Positions 16,668-26,332 of a DNA stretch of 30,450 nt are shown here, one piece after another. A program made the translations under genes and the position numbers. The number at the start of each line of letters is the position of its first letter. The stretch's first letter is position 1. Below the pieces are notes generated by a model, which saw only the letters and a list, made by a program, of their open reading frames with translations, searched no databases and was not told the origin of the DNA. Source of the stretch: Coriobacteriia bacterium (GTDB lineage Bacteria > Actinomycetota > Coriobacteriia > Coriobacteriales > UBA8131); the NCBI GenBank assembly GCA_009781535.1, contig WQXX01000001.1, positions 1 through 30,450 of the forward strand. Reading direction: 5' to 3'.

Positions 16668-18572
16668 TTGGCTGAAAACAATGACGTCCAGAGAGTCAAA
16701 GACGCGACCGACCTGGTTGCGTTGATTGGCGAGCGTGTCGTCTTAAAGCAACGCGGCCGCGAGTTCTGGGGATGTTGCCCTTTCCATAATGAGAAGACCC
16801 CTTCGATGAAAGTCGATCCTGCCATGCAGAGTTATTACTGCTTTGGCTGCCAAGAGCATGGGGATGTGTTTACCTACCTCGAAAAGACTGAAAACCTTGA
16901 GTTCAAAGAGGCGCTCAAGATCCTTGCCGAGCGTGCGAACATCGAGCTGCAGGATACAGGCGAAAGGGTAGAGAAGGGCAAGCGCGCGCGGCTTATCGAA
17001 GTCTGTGAGAAGACCGCAGCCTTCTACCATCATCAGCTCATGCGGGTCAGGTCATCTGGCAGCGACGCCGCGCGCGCTTACCTCGCAAAGCGAGGTTTTG
17101 GCGGCGAGACGCCGAAGGAATGGACACTCGGCTTTGCGCCGGGGCGTGGCAGCCTCGTCAAGTTTCTCACCCAAGCAGGGTTTTCACGCGATGAGCTCAT
17201 CGAGGCAAACGTCGCCTATGCAAAGGAAGACAACCGTATCACCGACCGCTTCTACGACCGGATCATATTCCCGATCCGTGACCTGCATGGGCGGGTCATA
17301 GGCTTTGGCGGACGTGACATCGGCCCGTCCAAGCCAAATGTCGCAAAGTACCTGAATACCTCAGACACAGCCCTGTTCCACAAGCGCGAGAACCTGTACG
17401 CGATCGACCGTGCAAAGGCAAACATCACCACGACCGCAACCGCCATCGTTGTGGAGGGTTATACCGATGTCATCGTGATGCACCGCTGTGGTTTTACGAA
17501 CACCGTCGCAACCTTGGGCACATCACTGACAGCCCAACACGTCAAGACGCTCAAGCGCTACGCGCGGCGCGTCATCAATCTGTTTGATGGCGACGAGGCG
17601 GGGCTGAAAGCTGCTGAAAAGGCAGCAGCGCTTATTACCACCGAGCTGGGCGCCGCAGGTTTAGAAAGCATCGACTTTCTTGTTGCGGTGATTCCTGCTG
17701 GCGCAGACCCGGCTGAGTACTGCGAGAATGAAGGCGTTGAGAAGATGCAGGCGGTGCTAGACAGCGCCGTGCCCTTGCTTCGTTTCTCAATAGATCGCCG
17801 CCTTGAGGGCGCTGACCTCAAAAGCCCCGAAAAGCGCACCCGAGCCCTCAAGGAGGCTTTGCAGGTGTTGCTACCGATACGTGGAACCCTGCTTGCTGAT
17901 GACTACGTCAACTACCTTGCCGGTGTGTTCCATGTCGATTTCGAGGCGGTGCGGACCGCATTTGCAGGCATGAAGGCGCCACGGGTTGCCTTTGATGCGA
18001 CTTCCAGTGTCACATATGGCGCCGCCTCAGGCTCTACTCTCGGTTCTGATACCGCCCGAATCCCGGTATCTGACGATTTTGAGCTTGACCCACTGATCTT
18101 TGCTGCTCAGGACAGGATTATCGGTTATGAGCGTGAGCTCATCATCTTCGCGGTCACCTTTCCAGCGGTGCGCCGACTGCTGGCCGAAGTATTCTCGCGT
18201 ATAGCTTTTGCAAGTGAGCTGCACCAGCAAGTTGTTACGAGTATGTTATCCGAGCCAGCCTGGTTAGACGAGCAGCCTTCAAAACTTGCCGCTCGCATCA
18301 TCGCTGCCATCCCCCAAGCCGCTCGGCTCCTGAGCGCAGGCAAGGCGCTCATACAAGAGGAGGAAGCGCTGGCGCACGCCCGCATCCTCATGTTCTCCCT
18401 GCGCGAAGAACAGCTTGAGCAGGAGATCAAGATGTTGAGAGCGCAATACCGGCAGTTCGAGGATGAAGGTTCATCTGAGGCGAGAAAATTGTTTATAGAA
18501 ATAGCAAATAAGCAGAAGGAGCTCAACGACGTACAAAGACGCTTTGCCGGACTCCCCAAAACGCGTGATTGA
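16668..18572 (+). CDS. dnaG: DNA primase
   Basis: Zn-binding CPFHNEKTPS...YCFGC, DRFYDRIIFPI, KYLNT, TOPRIM VVEGYTDV and FDGDEAG. Start moved to TTG 16668 behind AGGAG. Confidence 0.96.
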   Translation: MAENNDVQRVKDATDLVALIGERVVLKQRGREFWGCCPFHNEKTPSMKVDPAMQSYYCFGCQEHGDVFTYLEKTENLEFKEALKILAERANIELQDTGERVEKGKRARLIEVCEKTAAFYHHQLMRVRSSGSDAARAYLAKRGFGGETPKEWTLGFAPGRGSLVKFLTQAGFSRDELIEANVAYAKEDNRITDRFYDRIIFPIRDLHGRVIGFGGRDIGPSKPNVAKYLNTSDTALFHKRENLYAIDRAKANITTTATAIVVEGYTDVIVMHRCGFTNTVATLGTSLTAQHVKTLKRYARRVINLFDGDEAGLKAAEKAAALITTELGAAGLESIDFLVAVIPAGADPAEYCENEGVEKMQAVLDSAVPLLRFSIDRRLEGADLKSPEKRTRALKEALQVLLPIRGTLLADDYVNYLAGVFHVDFEAVRTAFAGMKAPRVAFDATSSVTYGAASGSTLGSDTARIPVSDDFELDPLIFAAQDRIIGYERELIIFAVTFPAVRRLLAEVFSRIAFASELHQQVVTSMLSEPAWLDEQPSKLAARIIAAIPQAARLLSAGKALIQEEEALAHARILMFSLREEQLEQEIKMLRAQYRQFEDEGSSEARKLFIEIANKQKELNDVQRRFAGLPKTRD

Positions 18573-18583
18573 TTGCCAAACGA

Positions 18584-18625
18584 TTTAGAAAATATATTTC
18601 TAAAAGTAAAAAAAGTTGCTATACT
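18584..18625 (+). promoter_or_regulatory. Candidate rpoD promoter with an overlapping palindrome
   Basis: TG-c-TATACT extended -10 (18617-18625); palindrome tttagaaa-atata-tttctaaa (18584-18604) whose right arm occupies the -35 position. Confidence 0.5.
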
Positions 18626-18671
18626 ACAAGATTCTGGAATTCACCAGCCAATCTGCGTTTGAGGAGGCACC

Positions 18672-20024
18672 TTGCCAAGGAAAACAGAGGCACAAATCAC
18701 TCCCGAAATCGAAATGATCGAATCTGAGCTCACCAAACTCGAAGAGAGTTTCAAAGAGGTCGGATCCATCACAGAAACCGAAGTCAGGGACTTACTCTCA
18801 GGTTGCGACCTGACGTCGACACAGTTTAAGGCAGTCTATTCATATCTCGGCGATTCTGGTATTCAGGTCGTCGATGATGCCGAAGACCTTGAGGTCGATT
18901 TAGAGCTCAGTAGCATCGTCGACCTTGTTTTAGACGATTCAGACGACGGCATCTCGCTTTCGGATGATGAGATACTCGACGGCATTCCAGAAGATGAGCT
19001 CAAGCATGCTGAAGTGGTCGACGTCATCTTGCCTGCCATTTCTGCCAGGACAAAGAAAGGCGCTCGTCGGCGGGTGATAACCGATTCTTCGCTGACCTTG
19101 CTGACAGGCGATCCTGTGCGCATGTACCTGAAAGAGATTGGAAAGGTAGACCTGCTGACGGCTACCGAGGAGATCGACCTCGCCATGAAGATCGAGGCTG
19201 GCGTCGAAGCGGCTACCCAACTTGAGGATGCGTTCCGCAAAAAGATCGAACTCGACCGTCGCGACTCGCGTCGTCTCAACCGCATAGAGCAGGTCGGGCT
19301 TGACGCCAAGCAGCAGCTCATCGAAGCAAACCTGCGTCTCGTGGTGTCTATCGCCAAACGTTACGTTGGTCGCGGCATGCTCTTTTTGGATCTCATCCAG
19401 GAAGGCAACCTCGGCCTGATCCGTGCCGTTGAGAAGTTTGACTATACCAAAGGCTTCAAGTTCTCAACCTATGCCACCTGGTGGATACGTCAGGCAATCA
19501 CACGCGCCATCGCCGACCAGGCTCGTACGATCCGCATCCCTGTGCATATGGTCGAAACCATCAACAAGCTTGTGCGGATCCAGCGTCAGCTGCTCCAGGA
19601 ACTTGGACGTGAGCCAACGCCTGAAGAGATCGGGGATCGTATGGGCATGCCTGCCGAGCGCATCCGCGAGATCCAGAAGATATCCCAGGAGCCTGTTTCG
19701 TTGGAAACGCCCATCGGCGAGGAAGAAGACAGCCAGCTTGGTGATTTCATTGAAGACAGCGCCGCGGTGGTCCCTCCAGAAGCTGCTAGTTTCTCCATGC
19801 TGCAAGAGCAGCTCAACAAAGTGCTTGAGGGGCTTGCCGAGCGCGAGCGGAAGGTCATCTCCCTGCGTTTTGGGCTTGAGGACGGACATCCGCGCACACT
19901 TGAGGAAGTCGGCCGCGAATTCGGGGTCACACGCGAGCGCATCCGTCAAATCGAGAGCAAGACACTTGCCAAACTGCGTCATCCCTCGCGTTCGGGCAAG
20001 CTGAAGGATTATATCGAGGAGTGA
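18672..20024 (+). CDS. rpoD: Primary sigma factor RpoD/SigA
   Basis: [75 protein letters not shown]; TTG start after GAGGAGG. Confidence 0.98.
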   Translation: MPRKTEAQITPEIEMIESELTKLEESFKEVGSITETEVRDLLSGCDLTSTQFKAVYSYLGDSGIQVVDDAEDLEVDLELSSIVDLVLDDSDDGISLSDDEILDGIPEDELKHAEVVDVILPAISARTKKGARRRVITDSSLTLLTGDPVRMYLKEIGKVDLLTATEEIDLAMKIEAGVEAATQLEDAFRKKIELDRRDSRRLNRIEQVGLDAKQQLIEANLRLVVSIAKRYVGRGMLFLDLIQEGNLGLIRAVEKFDYTKGFKFSTYATWWIRQAITRAIADQARTIRIPVHMVETINKLVRIQRQLLQELGREPTPEEIGDRMGMPAERIREIQKISQEPVSLETPIGEEEDSQLGDFIEDSAAVVPPEAASFSMLQEQLNKVLEGLAERERKVISLRFGLEDGHPRTLEEVGREFGVTRERIRQIESKTLAKLRHPSRSGKLKDYIEE

Positions 20025-20267
20025 TCAGTACGTTCCGAGGTGACGTCTAAGCAAGGGCATCTCAAGGGTACTTGATTCCATTTGAGTCCAGCCTATTGGG
20101 AAATGGTTCCCCTTTCGAGGTGGAGTCATTGCTAAAGTCGCCGATAAGCCTTATCATTAATCGGTTACAGATTTACCGGCTTTTGTCTATATGAGTCGGT
20201 TCGTGTGATACAACATAGATAAGTATGTTTGGCAAACCAGAAGGTATAGTTCGAAAAGGAGAGCGTT

Positions 20268-20519
20268 TTGGCAGTTAGAATTCGTTTGGCGCGACATGGC
20301 GCCAAGAAAACCCCGTATTATCGCGTGATCGTCACTGATGCGCACTCACGCCGCGATGGTAGTTTTATCGAGGAAGTCGGACGCTACAACCCTTGTGCCA
20401 ATCCGACGTTTATCCAGCTTGATGTAAAGAAAATCGATTCGTGGATCGAGCAGGGCGCTCAGCCGACCGACACGGTAGAACGTATCCTCAAGATCGCCCG
20501 CGCACAAGCGGAAAGCTAG
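20268..20519 (+). CDS. rpsP: 30S ribosomal protein S16
   Basis: MAVRIRLARHGAKKTPYYRVIV.D...RRDG.FIEEVG.YNP, GAQPTDTV; TTG start after AAGGAG. Confidence 0.97.
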   Translation: MAVRIRLARHGAKKTPYYRVIVTDAHSRRDGSFIEEVGRYNPCANPTFIQLDVKKIDSWIEQGAQPTDTVERILKIARAQAES

Positions 20520-20527
20520 GTCGCACA

Positions 20528-20782
20528 ATGGCTGAGGATACCCAAACACCAGCAAAGCTCGTCGAATTAATCGTTTTGTCACTGGTTGATGATCCTTCTG
20601 CGGTCGAGGTCATCGTACGTGACGAAGGTCATTCAAGCATCATCGAGGTCAAGGTCGCTCCGGATGACGCCGGTAAAGTTATCGGCCGTCAAGGCAGGGT
20701 CGTGCGTGCTCTGCGAACTCTGGCGCGTGCAGCATCGTCCTACGAAAACGGCCCTCATATCGAGGTAGAGATATTGGACTGA
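20528..20782 (+). CDS. khpA: KH-domain RNA-binding protein KhpA
   Basis: LVDDP..V.V, GKVIGRQGR GxxG loop; canonical position between rpsP and rimM. Start moved to ATG 20528. Confidence 0.9.
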   Translation: MAEDTQTPAKLVELIVLSLVDDPSAVEVIVRDEGHSSIIEVKVAPDDAGKVIGRQGRVVRALRTLARAASSYENGPHIEVEILD

Positions 20783-20793
20783 CATGGCTTGAC

Positions 20794-21432
20794 ATGGGAA
20801 CGCATGAGGCATACGAGCTCGCTGCACTAATCAACAAGCCAAAGGGCATGAAAGGGGAGGTCGTCGCGGTAGCACCCGATGGTCTTCCCTTGAGTCTATT
20901 TGAAGGCTTATCGGTATGGATTGTGCCGCCCACGCTCAAAGGTGTTCGCGCTACACAGGTAAAGCGTCTGCGCAGCCAGAAAGGCGGCTTGCTCGTTAAG
21001 CTTGACGGAGTTGACAGCTTGGACGATGCGCGCGCTTTGGTCGGACGACATCTGCTGGCTCGCATCGAGGATATCAAGGATTTTTCCAGGACAAGACCTG
21101 AAGGAAACACCGTTGACGATAAACCTGAATCAATCGTTGGCAGTGCGGTATATGACGAGGCTGATGGTTACATTGGCATCGTAGTGCGCGTGGAGGATAC
21201 TCCCGCTCATCCTCTACTGGTGGTAACACGAGATGCGGGCTGCAATGCGAAATGCGATGCTAAAACCGACGGGGTGGAATCACTACGGTTTCAGAGCAAC
21301 CCGATAAAACAAAGCAAGCCGGAGATCCTTATCCCGTATGTCGATGAGTTCATCATCGCATGTAGAGAAGGCAGGTTTGACGTCAGGCTTCCAAGCGGGC
21401 TTTTGGAGCTGAACCAGAAAAAAAGGACATGA
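20794..21432 (+). CDS. rimM: 16S rRNA processing protein RimM
   Basis: KPKGMKGEV, VKLDGVDSLDDARALVG, C-terminal PRC barrel EILIPYVDEFI...LPSGLLEL; position before trmD. Confidence 0.88.
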   Translation: MGTHEAYELAALINKPKGMKGEVVAVAPDGLPLSLFEGLSVWIVPPTLKGVRATQVKRLRSQKGGLLVKLDGVDSLDDARALVGRHLLARIEDIKDFSRTRPEGNTVDDKPESIVGSAVYDEADGYIGIVVRVEDTPAHPLLVVTRDAGCNAKCDAKTDGVESLRFQSNPIKQSKPEILIPYVDEFIIACREGRFDVRLPSGLLELNQKKRT

Positions 21433-21433
21433 C

Positions 21434-22198
21434 ATGCGTATCGATGTGATCAGCATATTCCCTCAGATGTTTGATGAGCCGATGAGCCTGTCCATCATCG
21501 GGCGAGCCCGAACGAGCGGGATACTTGATTTCCAGGCTCATGACTTGCGTAACTGGACGCACGATCGCCATCGTACCACCGATGATGAACCCTATGGTGG
21601 GGGCCAGGGTTTGCTCATGAAAGTCGAGCCCGTCTTCGAAGCGCTTGATGCGCTGCTTGCTAAAGAGGATGGCGCTCAAGAGCCTGAAAAAGAAACAAAG
21701 CGCCCCCTTGTCATCTGTTTTTCCCCTCATGGTAAACCCTTTAATCAAGAACTTGCCGCCGAGTTTGCAACCTATGAACAACTCATTTTAATCTGCGGGC
21801 GCTACGAGGGTCTTGATGAACGCGTCTATGAGCGTGTCGACCGCATCATCAGCGTGGGCGATTTCATCCTTACCGGTGGCGAACTGCCCGCGATGCTGCT
21901 CACCGACGCCGTATGCCGCCTCTTGCCCGGTGCATTAGGCGATGAGATGTCGAATCTCGACGAATCCTTCATAAATGGACTGCTCGAGTATCCGCAATAC
22001 ACTCGTCCATCTGTCTATCGAGGTCTTGCCGTTCCCGATGTCCTTTTGTCGGGCGATCACGCAAACATTTCCGCATGGCGACGCAATATGTCTATAATGA
22101 GAACAGCACAATACCGTCCCGATTTATTAGAGACGGCAGTGCTAAGTGAAGAAGAACGATTGTTAGCCACCTCGCTATTGCGAGACGTGGCCATTTGA
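21434..22198 (+). CDS. trmD: tRNA (guanine37-N1)-methyltransferase
   Basis: DDEPYGGGQG, LICGRYEGLDERV, SVGDFILTGGELPAM, LLEYPQYTRP, VPDVLLSGDHA. Confidence 0.97.
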   Translation: MRIDVISIFPQMFDEPMSLSIIGRARTSGILDFQAHDLRNWTHDRHRTTDDEPYGGGQGLLMKVEPVFEALDALLAKEDGAQEPEKETKRPLVICFSPHGKPFNQELAAEFATYEQLILICGRYEGLDERVYERVDRIISVGDFILTGGELPAMLLTDAVCRLLPGALGDEMSNLDESFINGLLEYPQYTRPSVYRGLAVPDVLLSGDHANISAWRRNMSIMRTAQYRPDLLETAVLSEEERLLATSLLRDVAI

Positions 22199-22231
22199 GG
22201 TTATATCCGAGGACAGATAATCGGAGTTGCC

Positions 22232-23092
22232 GTGCGAGCTGCTAAACGTTCAGATGACAAGAAGCGTGTCTCGCGTGATGCTGCATCACGCAAGCACGCT
22301 GATTCTGACGCCCCAGACTCAAGCACAATCAAAGAGCTTCCCGACCTGTATACGCGCAGATCCTTTACCACCGATAGCCCAAAGGATCCCAAGGACAGTA
22401 CCGACCCGAGCAAACGCAAGCTCACTGACCCGGACAGCCAAAAAGACCTCGAGAACCTCCCTGACCTGTACAAGCAAAGGGTCTTTGGCACAAATAAAGA
22501 GGAAGACCGCGAGGAACTGCCTGACCTCTACCAGCCAAAGGAACGCAAAAGGAATTTCTGGCATGACATCATCGACCTTCTGATTGCCGCAGTACTGGCT
22601 ATGCTGCTCTCCTTTGGATTGCGATTCTTTGTCATCGACATGTATGCGGTGCCAACCGGCTCGATGGAGCCGACCATCGCAATGGGAGACCATATTCTTG
22701 CCGAGAAGGTCTCGATCCATTTTAAACCTATCGTAAAAGGCGAGATCGTATTCTTTGATGACCCTGAGATCGTCGGACGCATCCTGGTCAAGCGCGTGAT
22801 CGCGGTATCTGGGCAAGAGGTCGTCATCAAGAATGGGCTGGTCTATATCGACGGAGTAGGCACCTTTGAGCCGTATACCCACGACGAGAGCACGTATCCG
22901 CTCATACTCGCAAACGCAACTGTCGGTATCGAGTATCCGTATGTGGTCCCGGAGGGTTATATCTGGGTAATGGGTGATAACCGCGGGAACTCCCTTGACA
23001 GCAGGATCTTTGGCGCGGTGCCATCAAACGCTGTTCTCGGGCGGGCTGTCTTAAGGATATGGCCGCTTGAGAGCTTTGGGTTTTTAGACTAG
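22232..23092 (+). CDS. lepB: Signal peptidase I with an extended repetitive N-terminus
   Basis: One TM helix (IIDLLIAAVLAMLLSFGLRFFV); catalytic PTGSMEPT (Ser), LVKRVIA (Lys), MGDNRGNSLDSR. Confidence 0.93.
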   Translation: MRAAKRSDDKKRVSRDAASRKHADSDAPDSSTIKELPDLYTRRSFTTDSPKDPKDSTDPSKRKLTDPDSQKDLENLPDLYKQRVFGTNKEEDREELPDLYQPKERKRNFWHDIIDLLIAAVLAMLLSFGLRFFVIDMYAVPTGSMEPTIAMGDHILAEKVSIHFKPIVKGEIVFFDDPEIVGRILVKRVIAVSGQEVVIKNGLVYIDGVGTFEPYTHDESTYPLILANATVGIEYPYVVPEGYIWVMGDNRGNSLDSRIFGAVPSNAVLGRAVLRIWPLESFGFLD

Positions 23093-23126
23093 AGAGTCGC
23101 CGATTAGACTAGAGAGTCGCCGATTA
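23084..23126 (+). repeat. Exact 20-nt tandem duplication spanning the lepB stop codon
   Basis: ttagactagagagtcgccga twice (23084-23103, 23104-23123) followed by tta. Confidence 0.9.
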
Positions 23127-23173
23127 TACATTTTCGCTCCGCACTGCTCACTTGTGTAACAGGAAAGGAAACC

Positions 23174-26100
23174 ATGACAAGCCCTCTGACATTCCAAGAC
23201 ATCATACTTGCGCTCGAGCGCTATTGGGCTGACCACGGTTGTGTGGTACTCCAACCTTATGATAGCGAGGTCGGCGCAGGAACCTTCCATCCGGCAACGA
23301 CATTGCGGTCCTTAGGCTCAGGCATTTGGAAGACTGCTTATGTGCAGCCGTCACGCCGCCCGACCGACGGTCGTTATGGAGAAAACCCCAATCGCCTGCA
23401 GCATTACTACCAGTTCCAGGTGCTCATCAAACCCTCGCCCTTTGACGTCCAGGAGCTGTATCTGGATTCGCTGCGGGTCATCGGCATCGAACCGCGCGAC
23501 CATGACGTGCGTTTTGTCGAAGACGACTGGGAATCGCCTACGCTTGGTGCATGGGGCCTGGGCTGGGAGGTCTGGCTTAACGGGATGGAGGTTACGCAGT
23601 TTACATACTTCCAGCAGGTGGGTGGTATCGAATGCAGGCCGGTGCCTGCTGAGCTTACCTATGGGCTTGAGCGTCTGGCGATGTATATCCAGGGCGTGGA
23701 TTCTGTCTACGATCTGGTGTGGTCGAAGGATGCGGATGGTACCGTTTTTACCTACGGCGACGTCTTTTTAGAAAACGAGCGCGAGTTCTCGGCCTTCAAC
23801 TTCGAATACGCAGATACTGCTATTATGTTTAACAATTTTGATCGTTACGAGGCGGAATGCAAGCGTCTGCTGGGTTACAATATCCCGCTGCCTGCGTATG
23901 ATTGCGTGCTCAAGTGCTCCCATGCCTTTAATCTGCTTGATGCACGCGGAGCCATCTCAGCTACCGAGCGCATGGGCTACATCCTACGCGTGCGTACGAT
24001 TGCCAAGGCATGTTGTGAGTCCTATGTGAAGAATGTGATCGAACGGACGGCATCGCCGGCTACACCTTTCTCGTCGATTTCGCCCGCTAAATCGGCTCAG
24101 CCGGCTCCGCCCGCAAAATCGGCTCCGCCGGCTTCGCCCGCTAAATCGGCTCAGCCGGCTTCGCCCGCCCCGCCCGCCATTTCGGCTTCGTCCGCCTTTG
24201 CCACTATCACAACCACCAATGAGGCGGTCGCTGGCGAACCCATTCCTGTCTTTGGCGATACAGCCACGCTTGTCTTTGAGATCGGTACTGAGGAGATTCC
24301 CTCCGCCCCGCTTTATAAGGCAACTGAACAGCTTGCCGAGCTGGCGTGCACCGCCTTGGATGATGCACGTATCGAACACGGAGAGGTGTCGGTGCGCTCG
24401 ACTCCACGTCGCCTGATCCTTGAGGTGCGGCGAGTAGCCGCGTATTCAACGCCGCTTATCCAGCGCTTCAGAGGCCCGGCGGTTGCAATAGCCTTTGATG
24501 CAGATGGCAATCCCACCAAGGCTGCCGAGGGCTTTGCCCGAGGCAAGGGTGTTGACGTGCGCGACTTGGTGCGCGCGAAGGAAGGTGAGACCGAGTACCT
24601 GTATGCAACCGTAGAGCAGATCTCACGCAAGACCCTGACCCTGCTGCCGAATATCCTCTCGGGGCTTATCACGAACATCTCCTGGCCCAAGTCGCAGCGA
24701 TGGGGGAGTACCGAGGAAACCTTTGTCCGTCCGGTGCGTTGGCTGCTTGCCCTCTGGGGTAAGACCATAATCCCTTGCACCTTTGCCGGCCTGACGGCAG
24801 GACGCCTTACCTGGGGGCATCGTCTTATCGCCAATGTGGCGTGCGAGGTCGCCTCAGCTGATGAACTCACGAGTGCGCATACCAAGCACTGGGTCATTGC
24901 TTCTGCACAGATGCGTGCCCGGCGTATATTTGAGCAGATCGAGACCCTTGAGGATAAAAGTGGGCTGACTGCTGTGGTGCCTGACGCCACTTTGGCAGAG
25001 GTCATCAACCTTGTGGAGTTTCCCACGACACTTCTGGGCACCTTTGATAAAGAATTCCTCGCCGTACCTGAGGAGATTATCATCGATGCAATGGTCAAGC
25101 ACCAGCGTTACTTCCCCCTGCGCGACGCACAGGGAAGGCTCTCAAACCATTTCCTCGTTGTCTCAAACGGCTCTCCAGCATACAGCTCAACGATCATCGC
25201 CGGCCACGAGCGTGTGATACGACCGCGTCTGTCAGATGCGTCGTTCTTCTATCATGAGGATCTTAAGACCCCGCTTGAGGTTTATGTAAGCAAGCTGAAA
25301 GACGTGGTGTTCCATGAGAAACTCGGCAGTGTCTTTAACAAGGTCGAGCGTATCGTATCGCTTGCCGGTGGTATCGCCGAGCAGGCTGGTGGGACAGCAG
25401 AGCAGATCGAAGCTGCGCGTCGTGCCGGTTTACTTGCCAAAGCCGATCTGGTGACCTCTGCGGTAGTTGAATTTACGTCGTTGCAGGGTATCATGGGTAG
25501 TTATTACGCTCGTGCTGCCGGCGATTCGCCCGAAGTAGCCCAGGCAATCAAGGATCATTACCGCCCCCGTTTTGCAGGAGATGAGGTTCCAGCCGGTTTT
25601 GAAGGCAAGGCTGTTGCCCTGGCGGATAAGATTGACACGATCTGTGGTATCTTTGCCGCCGGTCAGGGGCCGACCGGCTCATCTGACCCCTTTGCGCTGC
25701 GGCGCGCAGCCATAGGCGTTATCAATATCCTGTTGAGCGGCTTTGACGTCTCGCTTGAGGAATGCCTTAAAGTTGCTCTGGCGGAATACCGCGCTCGCGC
25801 GCTGTCCTTTGACATCGATGCGACACTAGCTACGATACGGGCTTTCTTTGCGACACGGCTTGAGGTCATGGCGCGCGAGCGCGGCTTTGCACCTGATACT
25901 GTGGCGGCGATCATGGCAGCAGACGTCATAGAACCAGCGGCAGTCATGGCGCGTTGCGAGGCGCTTGAGCATGCACGCGTCGCACGTGCCGAGGACTTCG
26001 AGGACTTGGCAACGGCCTATGCCCGTGCAAATAATCTGCGTGACCCCAAGCTCGGTCTTACATGCGACGAGAACCTGTTCAATGACGATGAGCGCGCCCT

Positions 26101-26332
26101 CAGCGCGGCCATCGCTGCCGCCCAGCAGGGCGTTTTTGATGCGCTCAAGGTAGGTAAGTACGACTTTGCCTTGACCTGCCTGGCCGCGCTGAGGGCGCCT
26201 ATTGACGCCTTCTTCGCCTCCACGCTTATCATGGCGCAAGACGAGGCGCTACGCGCCAACCGCCTGCGTCTGCTCAACCGCTTCGTCGCCGTATTCAAAG
26301 ACGTCGCCGATTTTGGAAAGCTGGCAGGCTGA
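23174..26332 (+). CDS. glyQS: Glycine--tRNA ligase, alpha and beta subunits fused in one ORF
   Basis: Alpha: [59 protein letters not shown]. About 70-aa linker. Beta from about 24263: [27 protein letters not shown]...[22 protein letters not shown]-type end NRL.LL. No stop between the two. Confidence 0.95.
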   Translation: MTSPLTFQDIILALERYWADHGCVVLQPYDSEVGAGTFHPATTLRSLGSGIWKTAYVQPSRRPTDGRYGENPNRLQHYYQFQVLIKPSPFDVQELYLDSLRVIGIEPRDHDVRFVEDDWESPTLGAWGLGWEVWLNGMEVTQFTYFQQVGGIECRPVPAELTYGLERLAMYIQGVDSVYDLVWSKDADGTVFTYGDVFLENEREFSAFNFEYADTAIMFNNFDRYEAECKRLLGYNIPLPAYDCVLKCSHAFNLLDARGAISATERMGYILRVRTIAKACCESYVKNVIERTASPATPFSSISPAKSAQPAPPAKSAPPASPAKSAQPASPAPPAISASSAFATITTTNEAVAGEPIPVFGDTATLVFEIGTEEIPSAPLYKATEQLAELACTALDDARIEHGEVSVRSTPRRLILEVRRVAAYSTPLIQRFRGPAVAIAFDADGNPTKAAEGFARGKGVDVRDLVRAKEGETEYLYATVEQISRKTLTLLPNILSGLITNISWPKSQRWGSTEETFVRPVRWLLALWGKTIIPCTFAGLTAGRLTWGHRLIANVACEVASADELTSAHTKHWVIASAQMRARRIFEQIETLEDKSGLTAVVPDATLAEVINLVEFPTTLLGTFDKEFLAVPEEIIIDAMVKHQRYFPLRDAQGRLSNHFLVVSNGSPAYSSTIIAGHERVIRPRLSDASFFYHEDLKTPLEVYVSKLKDVVFHEKLGSVFNKVERIVSLAGGIAEQAGGTAEQIEAARRAGLLAKADLVTSAVVEFTSLQGIMGSYYARAAGDSPEVAQAIKDHYRPRFAGDEVPAGFEGKAVALADKIDTICGIFAAGQGPTGSSDPFALRRAAIGVINILLSGFDVSLEECLKVALAEYRARALSFDIDATLATIRAFFATRLEVMARERGFAPDTVAAIMAADVIEPAAVMARCEALEHARVARAEDFEDLATAYARANNLRDPKLGLTCDENLFNDDERALSAAIAAAQQGVFDALKVGKYDFALTCLAALRAPIDAFFASTLIMAQDEALRANRLRLLNRFVAVFKDVADFGKLAG
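24080..24160 (+). repeat. Three tandem 27-nt (9-aa) units in the GlyQ-GlyS linker
   Basis: tcgcccgctaaatcggctcagccggct / ccgcccgcaaaatcggctccgccggct / tcgcccgctaaatcggctcagccggct = [27 protein letters not shown]. Confidence 0.9.

Noticed and set aside
20025-20267. tRNA, SRP RNA or other ncRNA after rpoD
   Set aside because: No cloverleaf, T-loop GTTCRA plus acceptor stem, or SRP GNRA/S-domain pattern found; only weak hairpins.
23093-23173. T-box riboswitch upstream of glyQS
   Set aside because: Only about 80 nt available, no AATTAGGGTGGAACC-type T-box motif and no terminator.
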